A program made the position numbers and the translations under genes. Below the pieces are notes generated by a model, which was not told the origin of the DNA, did no database searches, and was given only the letters and a program-made list of their open reading frames with translations. DNA of 64,000 nt, taken from positions 40,272 through 104,271 of IMG/VR virus record IMGVR_UViG_3300044825_000904; one strand, written 5' to 3'. Of the stretch, positions 19,910 to 28,820 are shown in pieces (the stretch's first letter is position 1; every line of letters begins with the position of its first letter). This DNA comes from a virus.

Positions 19910-21937
19910 ATGAAGCTACTATACTTAATTCCACATTGCTCAACTGGAGGGATGCCCGGTTTTGTTTTAAAGAGTGTTCAAACTCTTTATAAGACATTTG
20001 AGATTGAGGTAGTAGAATATCAATGCCATAGCTTAGACTATGTCGTGCAACGAAATGCTATCAAGGAGCTAGTTTCTTTTCATACTTTGCACGAGGACAA
20101 GATGGAGTTGTTCAACATCATCGCAAAATTCAATCCCGACATTGTTCACATTCACGAGCCATCTGAGCGATTTAATCGTGATATGATTTCTGAGTTATAT
20201 CGGGAAGACCGAAACTATCGAATCGTGGAGACGTGCCATGACGTGTCATTTAAACATGACATAGAAAAGATATTTCACCCTGATGCGTATTACTTCTGCA
20301 CGCCATATCACTTAGAGACATTCGCTTCATCTCCATCTTACAAAGAAGTGATTGAGTTTCCTATTGATGACAGGACTAGTGAGACGTATGAGAATCCTTT
20401 TTATACAAACAAAATAAACATAGTAAACGTAGGTCTTTGGACTCCTGGTAAGAATCAAGCTGAGGGGATTGAGATAGCTAGAAAGTATCCCGAGATGGAC
20501 TTTCATTTTGTCGGAAACCAAGCTATAAATTTCAAGCATTACTGGGAGCCATTAATGAAGGATTTGCCATCTAATGTTCACGTGTGGTTGGAGAGAAATG
20601 ATGCACATAGGTTCATTAAGATGGCAGATATCTTTATGTTCAATTCTACGTGGGAGTGTAACCCACTAGTATTACGTGAGGCAATATCTTTTGGTAAACC
20701 AATCATTGCCCACAACCTGCCACAGTACGGCTCGATGTTTGATAAGTATATTCAGCCTATCGACACCGATCTAAATACTATTAAATGTAATTACAATGTA
20801 CCTACAGATAATACATCAGTTAAATTCTGGGACAAGCAAAAGGCATTCTACAACAAAGTAATGACGCTAGACAAACAAGAACAAGATGTTAAAATCATCC
20901 AACACTTTGTTGGTCAGCCATACCTAGAGATTAAGTCAGGACTGAAAGCCGACTTTAAGGTACAATACTTTGATGCTGACAAGTTAGTCTATGAGAATAC
21001 TATCGGATCAAACTGTTGGGTCAAACTTAATAGACAATACTATACTAAGTGGCATAGTAAAGTCTATATGGATGGTAGACTAATACACGATAACGTACTT
21101 GACCTAGAAGGCAAGCGTGTGTATATCGCTTTATCTAGTAAGTCATTAGGCGATACAATTGCCTGGGCACCATATGCTGAAGAGTTTCAGAAGAAACATA
21201 AGTGTAAGGTAATATTATCTACATTCTTAAATAAGATATTATTTATGCCTGAGATAGAGTTAGTGGAACCTGGAACGGTTGTGCCTAATATCTATGCTCA
21301 GTATAACATTGGTTGGTTCTATGATTCAAACAAGGAGCCTGAGTTACCAAATACTATTAAACTACAAGAGGCAGCTACCAAGATTCTTGGTCTTGAGTTC
21401 AAAGAGATTAAGCCAACAATAATATATCCATACAAAAAAGTAATAAACGACACTAAGTATGTGACCATTGCTACCAACTCTACATCAGGGTGTAAGTTTT
21501 GGACAAAGGAAGGTTGGCAAGGAGTAATTAACTATTTACACGAGAAAGGCTATAAAGTAATTAACGTATCGCTTGAAGAGAATCCGTTCGATAATTGTGA
21601 GCAGATTATTAATCACAACATCTTTGATACGATGGCGTTGATCGACCACAGTGAATTCTTTATTGGATTGGGAAGTGGTGTGAGTTGGCTTGCTTGGGCT
21701 CTAGGTAAAGAAGTAGTTATGATAAATAACTTCGCTGAAGAGGACCACGAGTTTGAGTGTATACGCATCACAAATAAAAATGTTTGCAATGGGTGCTGGA
21801 ACAATCAGAACTTTAAATTTGACAAATCGTGGGACTGGTGCCCTATATACAAAAATACTCCTCGACAATTTGAATGTCAGAGGAGTATAACTGCTGATGA
21901 TGTAATTAATAGACTAGTCCTTCTTAAAAACATTTAA
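19910..21937 (+). CDS. GT4-like glycosyltransferase fused to an Aah/TibC-type protein O-heptosyltransferase
   Basis: N-half PHCSTGG, KNQ, ECNPLVLREA; C-half SKSLGDTIAW, FFIGLGSGVSWLAWA, C-x2-C...C...C iron finger. Confidence 0.85.
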   Translation: MKLLYLIPHCSTGGMPGFVLKSVQTLYKTFEIEVVEYQCHSLDYVVQRNAIKELVSFHTLHEDKMELFNIIAKFNPDIVHIHEPSERFNRDMISELYREDRNYRIVETCHDVSFKHDIEKIFHPDAYYFCTPYHLETFASSPSYKEVIEFPIDDRTSETYENPFYTNKINIVNVGLWTPGKNQAEGIEIARKYPEMDFHFVGNQAINFKHYWEPLMKDLPSNVHVWLERNDAHRFIKMADIFMFNSTWECNPLVLREAISFGKPIIAHNLPQYGSMFDKYIQPIDTDLNTIKCNYNVPTDNTSVKFWDKQKAFYNKVMTLDKQEQDVKIIQHFVGQPYLEIKSGLKADFKVQYFDADKLVYENTIGSNCWVKLNRQYYTKWHSKVYMDGRLIHDNVLDLEGKRVYIALSSKSLGDTIAWAPYAEEFQKKHKCKVILSTFLNKILFMPEIELVEPGTVVPNIYAQYNIGWFYDSNKEPELPNTIKLQEAATKILGLEFKEIKPTIIYPYKKVINDTKYVTIATNSTSGCKFWTKEGWQGVINYLHEKGYKVINVSLEENPFDNCEQIINHNIFDTMALIDHSEFFIGLGSGVSWLAWALGKEVVMINNFAEEDHEFECIRITNKNVCNGCWNNQNFKFDKSWDWCPIYKNTPRQFECQRSITADDVINRLVLLKNI

Positions 21938-22183
21938 GAATTGAGCCTTAGCTAAGATAGTAACAGTCTCGCTATCTTTAATAAAGGTCTTAAGAGTCTC
22001 TTGGTCAGATGAGTCTAGGTCAAGGATATCGCCTTTGTTTAAAGCAAGAGCCCATTCCCAATACTTCACAGCATCACCTTTGGTTTGCTGAATAAGTGTG
22101 TTAGCTAATAACTTTCCTGCATTAGCACCTTCTAGTTCTTTACCGTCTAAATCGGTTAGATTAAAATTAAAATTAAGTTTCAT
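21914..22183 (-). CDS. Small fibre-associated protein, homolog of 61224-61520
   Basis: MKLNFNFNLTDL.GKEL shared with the phage B copy. Confidence 0.75.
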   Translation of the reverse strand: MKLNFNFNLTDLDGKELEGANAGKLLANTLIQQTKGDAVKYWEWALALNKGDILDLDSSDQETLKTFIKDSETVTILAKAQFLNVFKKD

Positions 22184-22203
22184 AATATATTTTTTTTGTA
22201 AAG

Positions 22204-22539
22204 TTACACAATAGGTTCTTCAACTACAACTTCTTCTTCTACAATTGGCTCAGGAGGTACTGGAGGAACATATTCTCCTGTAATAACTAGGTTTAATTGA
22301 CCTGCAATCCAATCCCAAGCATAAGTATCTTGTGACCATTCTGCATAAGCCTCTCCTGTCATAGACAGATTACCTTGAGCAACTTGCACTCCTACATTGC
22401 CATCTTCGGTTGTAGTAAATAATCCGTACCAAAAAGTAGCAGATGTATTTAAAGTTACATTTACTGCATAAGAGTTAAGGATAGTCGCTTGTTGTACTGT
22501 ACCATTGTCCCAAATTGAGACTGCTTCGATAGTTTTCAT
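22204..22539 (-). CDS. Fibre-associated protein/possible fibre chaperone, homolog of 61557-61883
   Basis: MK.IE.VSIW.NG...A.ILN.YAVNVTL..SATF shared. Confidence 0.7.
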   Translation of the reverse strand: MKTIEAVSIWDNGTVQQATILNSYAVNVTLNTSATFWYGLFTTTEDGNVGVQVAQGNLSMTGEAYAEWSQDTYAWDWIAGQLNLVITGEYVPPVPPEPIVEEEVVVEEPIV

Positions 22540-22568
22540 TTATATATTTTTTTTAAAATTACTAAAAA

Positions 22569-23003
22569 TTAAGGACAAAAAAGTTGTCCTGATACAATTT
22601 GTATCGATCCGTTATATCCAGCAGGTAATGTAGTTTGAAATATTCCATTGTAATAATAGAACACAGGACTACCACTTGGTAGTACATAACGCTGACCCAA
22701 TCCCAATACAGGAGTAATCTTAGTCCACGCAGCAGGTCCACCTGAGCAATGATTAAGTTGATAATAAGTGTAAGAAGATGCTACTAAATTGCTTTTAACT
22801 ACTAATTGATTATCAGTCTTACCCGATAAAGGAGAAGTCTGAATATCCACTGTTGTTAAAGCACCTAGCTTAGTAACTTCCCTATTACTAGGTATACCTG
22901 GAGGAGGTATAGTTCCAATCTGTATAAATACATTATTATTTACCGCATCCTGAAGATTAGCCCAACTCACACATTGATTACTTGCTATTCCTGCCCAAGA
23001 CAT
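22569..23003 (-). CDS. Fibre-associated protein with C-terminal Cys domain, homolog of 61902-62345
   Basis: Ends YYQL..C...GQRYVLP...GYNGSIQ...CP. Confidence 0.7.
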   Translation of the reverse strand: MSWAGIASNQCVSWANLQDAVNNNVFIQIGTIPPPGIPSNREVTKLGALTTVDIQTSPLSGKTDNQLVVKSNLVASSYTYYQLNHCSGGPAAWTKITPVLGLGQRYVLPSGSPVFYYYNGIFQTTLPAGYNGSIQIVSGQLFCP

Positions 23004-23004
23004 A

Positions 23005-26000
23005 TTAGTTTAAGTTTAATAATTGTTCTAATTCTGATACACGTTTCTCTAATCTTGCAATCTTTGCTGTATGCACCTCACGATAAGAAAGACTCAGTAA
23101 TCCGTCTGTTCCTTTGCTAACTGCACTTGGTAATATTTCTTGTACATCTTGTGCAAAGTATCCAAGTTCTTCTTTACCATTCTTAATATACAACTTAGCT
23201 ATAATAGATTCAATACCTTTAGTTTGATAATTATCTTCAATTAAAGTCTTAATAGTTTTATCTGAAGATTCAAAGAAACTTGCAGCTGTTACAGCACCAC
23301 CATTTGTCATTGTTAATAATGCTGTACTATTTCTTCCAATCGCAAATTTATCTGTTCCGACAGAACAAACACCAATCCCAATATCCCAATACATATCTGC
23401 AGCCGCATTTCCTGCCATTCTAAGCATTGCACCATATGTAGTTCCTGTATATCCATTAACCCCATTTTGAGTGTATGATACGTGAGGATTAATGTGCATC
23501 ACCCATCTATCATTAGAACTTCCATATAATGTTGGATATGATGCACTTCCTGCCCAAGATGCTTGTACTCCTCCTAATATCGCCTTAAATGAACCGGTAT
23601 CCATTGCAATTTGTCCATTTACATAAACATTGTATCCTGCATCTGTATTAGTGTTTATTAAAATATTTCCATTTGTATTGATTTTTAAATATTGAGTACC
23701 ACTAACATTGAATGATTGGTAATTATATGTTCTAACAATTAACGCTGAACTATTCCATGTTTCCAAATATCCAATTCCTGATTCATAACCCAACGAAAGA
23801 CCACCTGTTGATGTTGCATTTATAGTCCTACCAATTGCTTTTATTGATCCATTTACTTCAAATTTTTCACCCGGCGAATTCGTTCCAATTCCTACGTTTC
23901 CTGCAAAATATGACTTAGCGGCATTCCCTGAATAAATAGAATAATCATTTGTAGCAGTACCCGAATTTGGTCCATCAACAAACAATGCATAACGATTAGT
24001 AACAGAAGTTCCACTAGATAAAGATATATAAATACCATATAAATTAGTAATTGTATTGCCAAAAGTTGGATTGAATACCGCACCAAATTGACTAGTACCA
24101 CTTGTAAATGCAGTACCACTTACTTGCATCATTCTATCAGATGATAATGTACCAAAGCCAACATTTAATTCTCCTTGAGTTGTAACACTACTCGAAAACG
24201 TGGCTGCTCCTGATGTTGCTATTGTTAAATTAGCACTACCACTTTGCCCAATATAAATTGGTTGAGAATAAGATGTAATTAATAAAGGTCTACTACCACT
24301 TTCAATTCGATTATTTACTGAATCCCAATAACCAATTGTCATTCCGGGTAACCCTAAACGATAATCAGATGTTAATTGTCCACTAAACCTTCCCGTACCA
24401 CTTACATCAAGTTGATATCCATTATTAGTTGTCTGATTAATACCTATTTTACCATCACTAAAAATCTTTAAGGCTCCACCACCAACACCAGGTCTATCAA
24501 AATTCACGACACCTGGGGCAACAGATAAAACTGTATTTCCAACGTGATCAGCACCTCCACCAATTCGAACTTGACCTGTACCAAAATAAGTATTTGAATA
24601 TGCAATACCTGCATCTCCGGTTGTTAAATACTGATCGCCTGCTGATGATGGTGTAACTCTAATTCCTACATTGCCATTTGTTTGCAATGTGCTAGAAAAT
24701 AAACCGCCACCATTTGCCGCAATTGTTAAATCAGCCGTATTTCCGCTTCCTCTTAATTCTAAATTATTTGTTGAATGGTTATAAACTATTCCTGCCTCAT
24801 TCATTGTAGTGGCATCTGAAAAATAAATTGAACTATAATTTAATCCCTTGATTTGAATTGCAGCCTCTCCGTTTTCCTCAACAATTAATTGCCCAAAATA
24901 AGTACCTCCAACTGATGATGTTTTAATTGTTAATGCTCCACTAAATCTACTTGTTCCGTTTACATCAAATTTATATCCTGAATTTGTTGGTGTTCCAATC
25001 ATTACATTGCCACCCTCCGGATTAATTGCTAATGAAGCCCAAGAATTTAATGCAGAATTATGACCGCCAATTGTCGGCCCTAAATAATTACCTATTACGA
25101 CTTTATCGGCATTGCCTGTACCTGCAAATGTTCCGCTAATCCAACTTCCTGATGTTGCAGCAACTTGCAATCTAACCGCATTTACATTGGATGTTGTCGC
25201 AATCGAAATTGCATCTCCGTGATCATAAATTAAACTATTGCCCAATGCACTTGCTGATGTCCATTTTGGCAAATAATTTGTTCCACCTGATCCTGTGACT
25301 AATCCTGATAATGTTGAAACCGATCCATCAGCCATCAAATATTGTGATGATGTGCCACCCGATTTGATAAAAGATGCCGATGTCAATGTTCCGGTATTTA
25401 TCGCATTACCCGATGGTGTTATTTGGAATTTTGTTACACCGGCTGTTTGGTCATAAATATAAAAATACCCTGAATCAACAAATAATGTGTAATCCGGATT
25501 ATTATCTGTATCGGTGAAATATAACTTTGGTGCAATTCCGCTGATTGTCATATCTCCTGTGAATACAGGGTTGGCCGCATCCGCTTTTAAAGCAAGTTTT
25601 GCCAACACCGCATTTGAATTTGGATATTCCGTATCACTAGCCAATAAATTCGACACCATTTTATCCTTTCTTTGATAAATGGTAGCAGCATCAGTAGTAT
25701 TTAAGTATGTACTATTATCATAAGTGATAGTAGTACCAGAAGCTTTTACAAATCCAGTTCCATCTAATTTAGCTTGAGCACCTAAACTTGTTAAAGTTTG
25801 GTCTCCTGTATTTGTACCACTCAAATTAGATGCACTAATTGTACCAGTAACTGTAAGATTACCAGTATTGGTTAATGATAATCTTCTAGCACCATTCCAC
25901 TGAATTACAAAATCAGCACCAGCAGAAGCACCTGACCTAGTCATACCAAGTCTCCAATGGTCATCATACCAACCATATTCGTGACCAGAAACTAAGTCAT

Positions 26001-28152
26001 CTGTAGTATATGTAGATGCCATATACACTTTTACTTCTCTGCCTTCAGAAGCAGTTACAGTTATTGGGGTAGAAGTTGTAGCACCTCTTGCTGTAACTGA
26101 AGCTAATGTATCAGTTTCTGTATAAGAAGTTAAATATGTATTACTATCTACACTACCATCCGCTTTTAAGAATTGAGAAGCTGTACCTCCTGACTTAGCA
26201 ATACTACCTACTATTACATCTCCAGGAAAAGTTGATACACCTAAGTTAGTAATATAGAATCTACTAACTGTATTAGTTTGATCATAGATTCTAAAATATC
26301 CATCATCATTACCTATGAAGTAATCTGGATTATTATCAGTGTCAGTTAAGTATAACTTAGGACTAGCACTGCTAATAGTCATATTACCAGTAAAGGTAGG
26401 ACTAGCTGCATCCGCTTTAAGGGCTAAGGCTGCTAACACTGCATTACTATTAGGATACTCCGTATCACTAGCTAATAAGTTGGAAACCATCTTATCTAAC
26501 CTTTGATAGGTAGAAGCAGCAGTTGCACTTAAAAGATAATTGCTTAATGAACCAGAAGTCACATAAGTATTAGCATCTACAGTTCCATCTGCTTTAAGGA
26601 ATTCCGTAGATAAACCACCAGATTTAGCAATAGAGCCTACAACTACACTGCCTGGGAATGTAGAAACACCTAAGTTAGTAATGTAAAATCTACTAGCTGT
26701 ATTAGTCTGATCGTAAATTCTAAAGTATCCATCGTCATTTCCAATAAAATAATCAGGATTATTATCGCTATCGGTTAAGTAAATCTTAGGATAAGCCCCA
26801 CCTACTGTCATTGACCCTGTAAACTCAGGGTTTAAAGCATTAGCTTTAAGTGCTAAAGCAGCTAAAACAGCATTAGAGTTAGGGTATTCAGTATCACTTG
26901 CAAGCAAGTTAGATACCATTTTATCTAATCTTTGGTATGTAGAAGCTGCAACTCCTGTAGATAAGTAAGTTGTAGTGTCTAATTCCCAAGTATTAGCTCC
27001 AGTTTTCTTTAGTATACCAGTTGTACCTGCTAAAGCTCCAATAGCTGTTAAGTCTCCATCTAATGGCTGATAAGAACTATTGTCATAGCTTATCGTAGAG
27101 CCATCAATTTTAACAAAACCTGTTCCACTAAGGGCTGCTTGTTTTGCGTTAAATGTAGCCCAATCTGTGCTATTTAAAAGACCTCTCTTAGTTGCGGAGG
27201 CTGTAGGTAGATTGATTGTATGTGTATCATCACTAGAAACTATAGCAGCATCACTACCAGCATTTCCTATTGCAATGAATTGTACTTGCTTAGTTAAACC
27301 ATTAATGGCTGTTAAACCATTAGCAAATGTAGTTCCTACAGAAGCTAAGTGTGAATCTTGAGTATGGAAGTTTACAGTTCTGTTGCCATCTGTATCTACA
27401 AAGATTCTAATAGCTATTCTATCAGTAATCAACAAAGTAGTATCAGGTATTGTAACTGTAGTAGTATAGTAGTCAATAGCTACACCATTGCTAATAACTT
27501 CAGCAGAAGCTACACTAGAACCTAAAAGAGTAAATACACCTGTATTAGAATACTTGTATATTTCAGCGTAGAACTTAGGGCTACCACTATTATCAGAAGC
27601 TGAAAAATAGAAGCCTAAAGGCCATGCTCCAGGAGGAATCTTTAATAATGATGGGTCTCCTGCATCTGTAACGAATTGAGCAATGTTTTCAAATCCTGTA
27701 GTATTAATCTTAAAGAAGTCTACCATAGCTCCTTGTACAGGAGTTTTACTCATTTCATAATAAGTAGAACCATCTAAAACACCTTGAGATGTTCCACCAT
27801 TAAGATAATAAGTTACACCACCACCTGCATTGATAGAAGTGCCTCCACTACCAACTGCTACGATCATATTCATAACCACAGAGTTAATAGAAGGAGAATC
27901 AGGATAAACTCTAACTACACGAGTATAACTAGGATTCCATGGGCTACCATGAGTTCTAATCCAAACATAAAAGTCAGTCATTGTATTGACTGCTACATCA
28001 ATGTTGGGATCATCTGTTTGATAAGAACTAGGCTGTGTCTCTGGGAATGAATTACCTATTGTAATTCCATAGTCAATATTGCCTTGTGATGGCATAGGAA
28101 CGTACCCATCAGATGTATATTCAGCAAATACTCGTATCGTTTTAATAGCCAT
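23005..28152 (-). CDS. Long mosaic tail fibre with C-terminal intramolecular chaperone (peptidase S74); probably chimeric across the phage junction
   Basis: GNVGIGT-type repeats, three internal repeats, FFESSDKTIK, G..AQDVQ..LP.AV, coiled-coil end. Confidence 0.85.
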   Translation of the reverse strand: MAIKTIRVFAEYTSDGYVPMPSQGNIDYGITIGNSFPETQPSSYQTDDPNIDVAVNTMTDFYVWIRTHGSPWNPSYTRVVRVYPDSPSINSVVMNMIVAVGSGGTSINAGGGVTYYLNGGTSQGVLDGSTYYEMSKTPVQGAMVDFFKINTTGFENIAQFVTDAGDPSLLKIPPGAWPLGFYFSASDNSGSPKFYAEIYKYSNTGVFTLLGSSVASAEVISNGVAIDYYTTTVTIPDTTLLITDRIAIRIFVDTDGNRTVNFHTQDSHLASVGTTFANGLTAINGLTKQVQFIAIGNAGSDAAIVSSDDTHTINLPTASATKRGLLNSTDWATFNAKQAALSGTGFVKIDGSTISYDNSSYQPLDGDLTAIGALAGTTGILKKTGANTWELDTTTYLSTGVAASTYQRLDKMVSNLLASDTEYPNSNAVLAALALKANALNPEFTGSMTVGGAYPKIYLTDSDNNPDYFIGNDDGYFRIYDQTNTASRFYITNLGVSTFPGSVVVGSIAKSGGLSTEFLKADGTVDANTYVTSGSLSNYLLSATAASTYQRLDKMVSNLLASDTEYPNSNAVLAALALKADAASPTFTGNMTISSASPKLYLTDTDNNPDYFIGNDDGYFRIYDQTNTVSRFYITNLGVSTFPGDVIVGSIAKSGGTASQFLKADGSVDSNTYLTSYTETDTLASVTARGATTSTPITVTASEGREVKVYMASTYTTDDLVSGHEYGWYDDHWRLGMTRSGASAGADFVIQWNGARRLSLTNTGNLTVTGTISASNLSGTNTGDQTLTSLGAQAKLDGTGFVKASGTTITYDNSTYLNTTDAATIYQRKDKMVSNLLASDTEYPNSNAVLAKLALKADAANPVFTGDMTISGIAPKLYFTDTDNNPDYTLFVDSGYFYIYDQTAGVTKFQITPSGNAINTGTLTSASFIKSGGTSSQYLMADGSVSTLSGLVTGSGGTNYLPKWTSASALGNSLIYDHGDAISIATTSNVNAVRLQVAATSGSWISGTFAGTGNADKVVIGNYLGPTIGGHNSALNSWASLAINPEGGNVMIGTPTNSGYKFDVNGTSRFSGALTIKTSSVGGTYFGQLIVEENGEAAIQIKGLNYSSIYFSDATTMNEAGIVYNHSTNNLELRGSGNTADLTIAANGGGLFSSTLQTNGNVGIRVTPSSAGDQYLTTGDAGIAYSNTYFGTGQVRIGGGADHVGNTVLSVAPGVVNFDRPGVGGGALKIFSDGKIGINQTTNNGYQLDVSGTGRFSGQLTSDYRLGLPGMTIGYWDSVNNRIESGSRPLLITSYSQPIYIGQSGSANLTIATSGAATFSSSVTTQGELNVGFGTLSSDRMMQVSGTAFTSGTSQFGAVFNPTFGNTITNLYGIYISLSSGTSVTNRYALFVDGPNSGTATNDYSIYSGNAAKSYFAGNVGIGTNSPGEKFEVNGSIKAIGRTINATSTGGLSLGYESGIGYLETWNSSALIVRTYNYQSFNVSGTQYLKINTNGNILINTNTDAGYNVYVNGQIAMDTGSFKAILGGVQASWAGSASYPTLYGSSNDRWVMHINPHVSYTQNGVNGYTGTTYGAMLRMAGNAAADMYWDIGIGVCSVGTDKFAIGRNSTALLTMTNGGAVTAASFFESSDKTIKTLIEDNYQTKGIESIIAKLYIKNGKEELGYFAQDVQEILPSAVSKGTDGLLSLSYREVHTAKIARLEKRVSELEQLLNLN
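23663..23787. repeat. 125-bp exact repeat, copy 1 (copy 2 at 63005-63129)
   Basis: Base-by-base comparison; offset 39,342. Confidence 0.9.
24535..24661. repeat. Exact repeat of at least 127 bp, copy 1 (copy 2 at 63874-64000)
   Basis: Base-by-base comparison; offset 39,339; copy 2 reaches the window edge. Confidence 0.92.
25320..26949 (-). repeat. Three ~125-143-aa internal fibre repeats starting at 26949, 26520 and 25689
   Basis: YQR.DKMVSNLLASDTEYPNSNAVLA.LALKA...TD.DNNPDY...YDQT...KSGG....L.ADG.V three times. Confidence 0.9.
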
Positions 28153-28154
28153 TT

Positions 28155-28736
28155 TTATCCTTCTTTTTGCCCATTAGGGCTAACATAACACTCCTCTGTT
28201 TTTACTCTTGTAAAGTAAGCCAAATTTACATTATCTGAACCACTACTACAACTCAAATATTTATACTGATTATTCCACCCAGAAGTTATACCTGTAAATG
28301 AACCTATTTCTGTCCAAGTAACATAAGTTGCATCTAAGTTATCAAGATTAAGAGAATAACTGATTGTTAAATCTCCACCTAGGTTATTAATTCTTAACCA
28401 TATTTCATCATTCCTAGGAATATCAGTAGTGGAGACAATAGTTAAATTATCTCCTCTATTAATTCTACGAATGATTCTGATTTTATTATCACCACAAACA
28501 AAGACTGCAATAAAGGCCGAATCTGACTTGGCCATAGTCCTAAGCATCAATCCAGCTTTTGCATCGCTTGTAGTGCCATTAAATAGCTTTAGATGGGCTG
28601 TTAGTGTGTATTGTCCTAACTTATTCTCCCATCCATAAACGTAACCGCTATCTTCTTTGTCGGTAAACAAGCCACTTCCATATAATTCTATGGAAGAACG
28701 TGACTTGTATTTAAAATATCCTATCTCTCTAGCCAT
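28155..28736 (-). CDS. Tail protein with ConA/DUF1349-like beta-sandwich (start MAREIGYF)
   Basis: AKAGLMLR, IWLRI, WTEIG motifs; between hub and fibre. Confidence 0.55.
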   Translation of the reverse strand: MAREIGYFKYKSRSSIELYGSGLFTDKEDSGYVYGWENKLGQYTLTAHLKLFNGTTSDAKAGLMLRTMAKSDSAFIAVFVCGDNKIRIIRRINRGDNLTIVSTTDIPRNDEIWLRINNLGGDLTISYSLNLDNLDATYVTWTEIGSFTGITSGWNNQYKYLSCSSGSDNVNLAYFTRVKTEECYVSPNGQKEG

Positions 28737-28820
28737 ATCAAGGTACAAAATCGTCTAAGTAGAACACTGTGAATGTATCAAATATAGTTCCCTCTTTACC
28801 AGCTTGGCCTAAATCAGTAC

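Larger units (their letters stand above)
1..24534 (-). mobile_element. Phage A: partial crAss-like Bacteroidota podovirus genome (late/structural region)
   Basis: Co-oriented TerL, large portal, scaffold, MCP, ring proteins, nozzle and ejection genes; no tail tube or tape measure. Right boundary set by the shared fibre repeat. Confidence 0.8.

Noticed and set aside
1-24534. Stop-codon reassignment as in some crAss-like phages
   Set aside because: Genes are full length in the standard code, TAG and TGA end genes normally, and there is no suppressor tRNA.
23005-24661. Diversity-generating retroelement template/variable repeat pair with 62347-64000
   Set aside because: No reverse transcriptase; differences are mostly synonymous and not adenine-specific; both copies are coding.
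24535-24661. attL/attR of site-specific integration or an invertible fibre shufflon
   Set aside because: No integrase or invertase found; the repeats are direct, long and coding.
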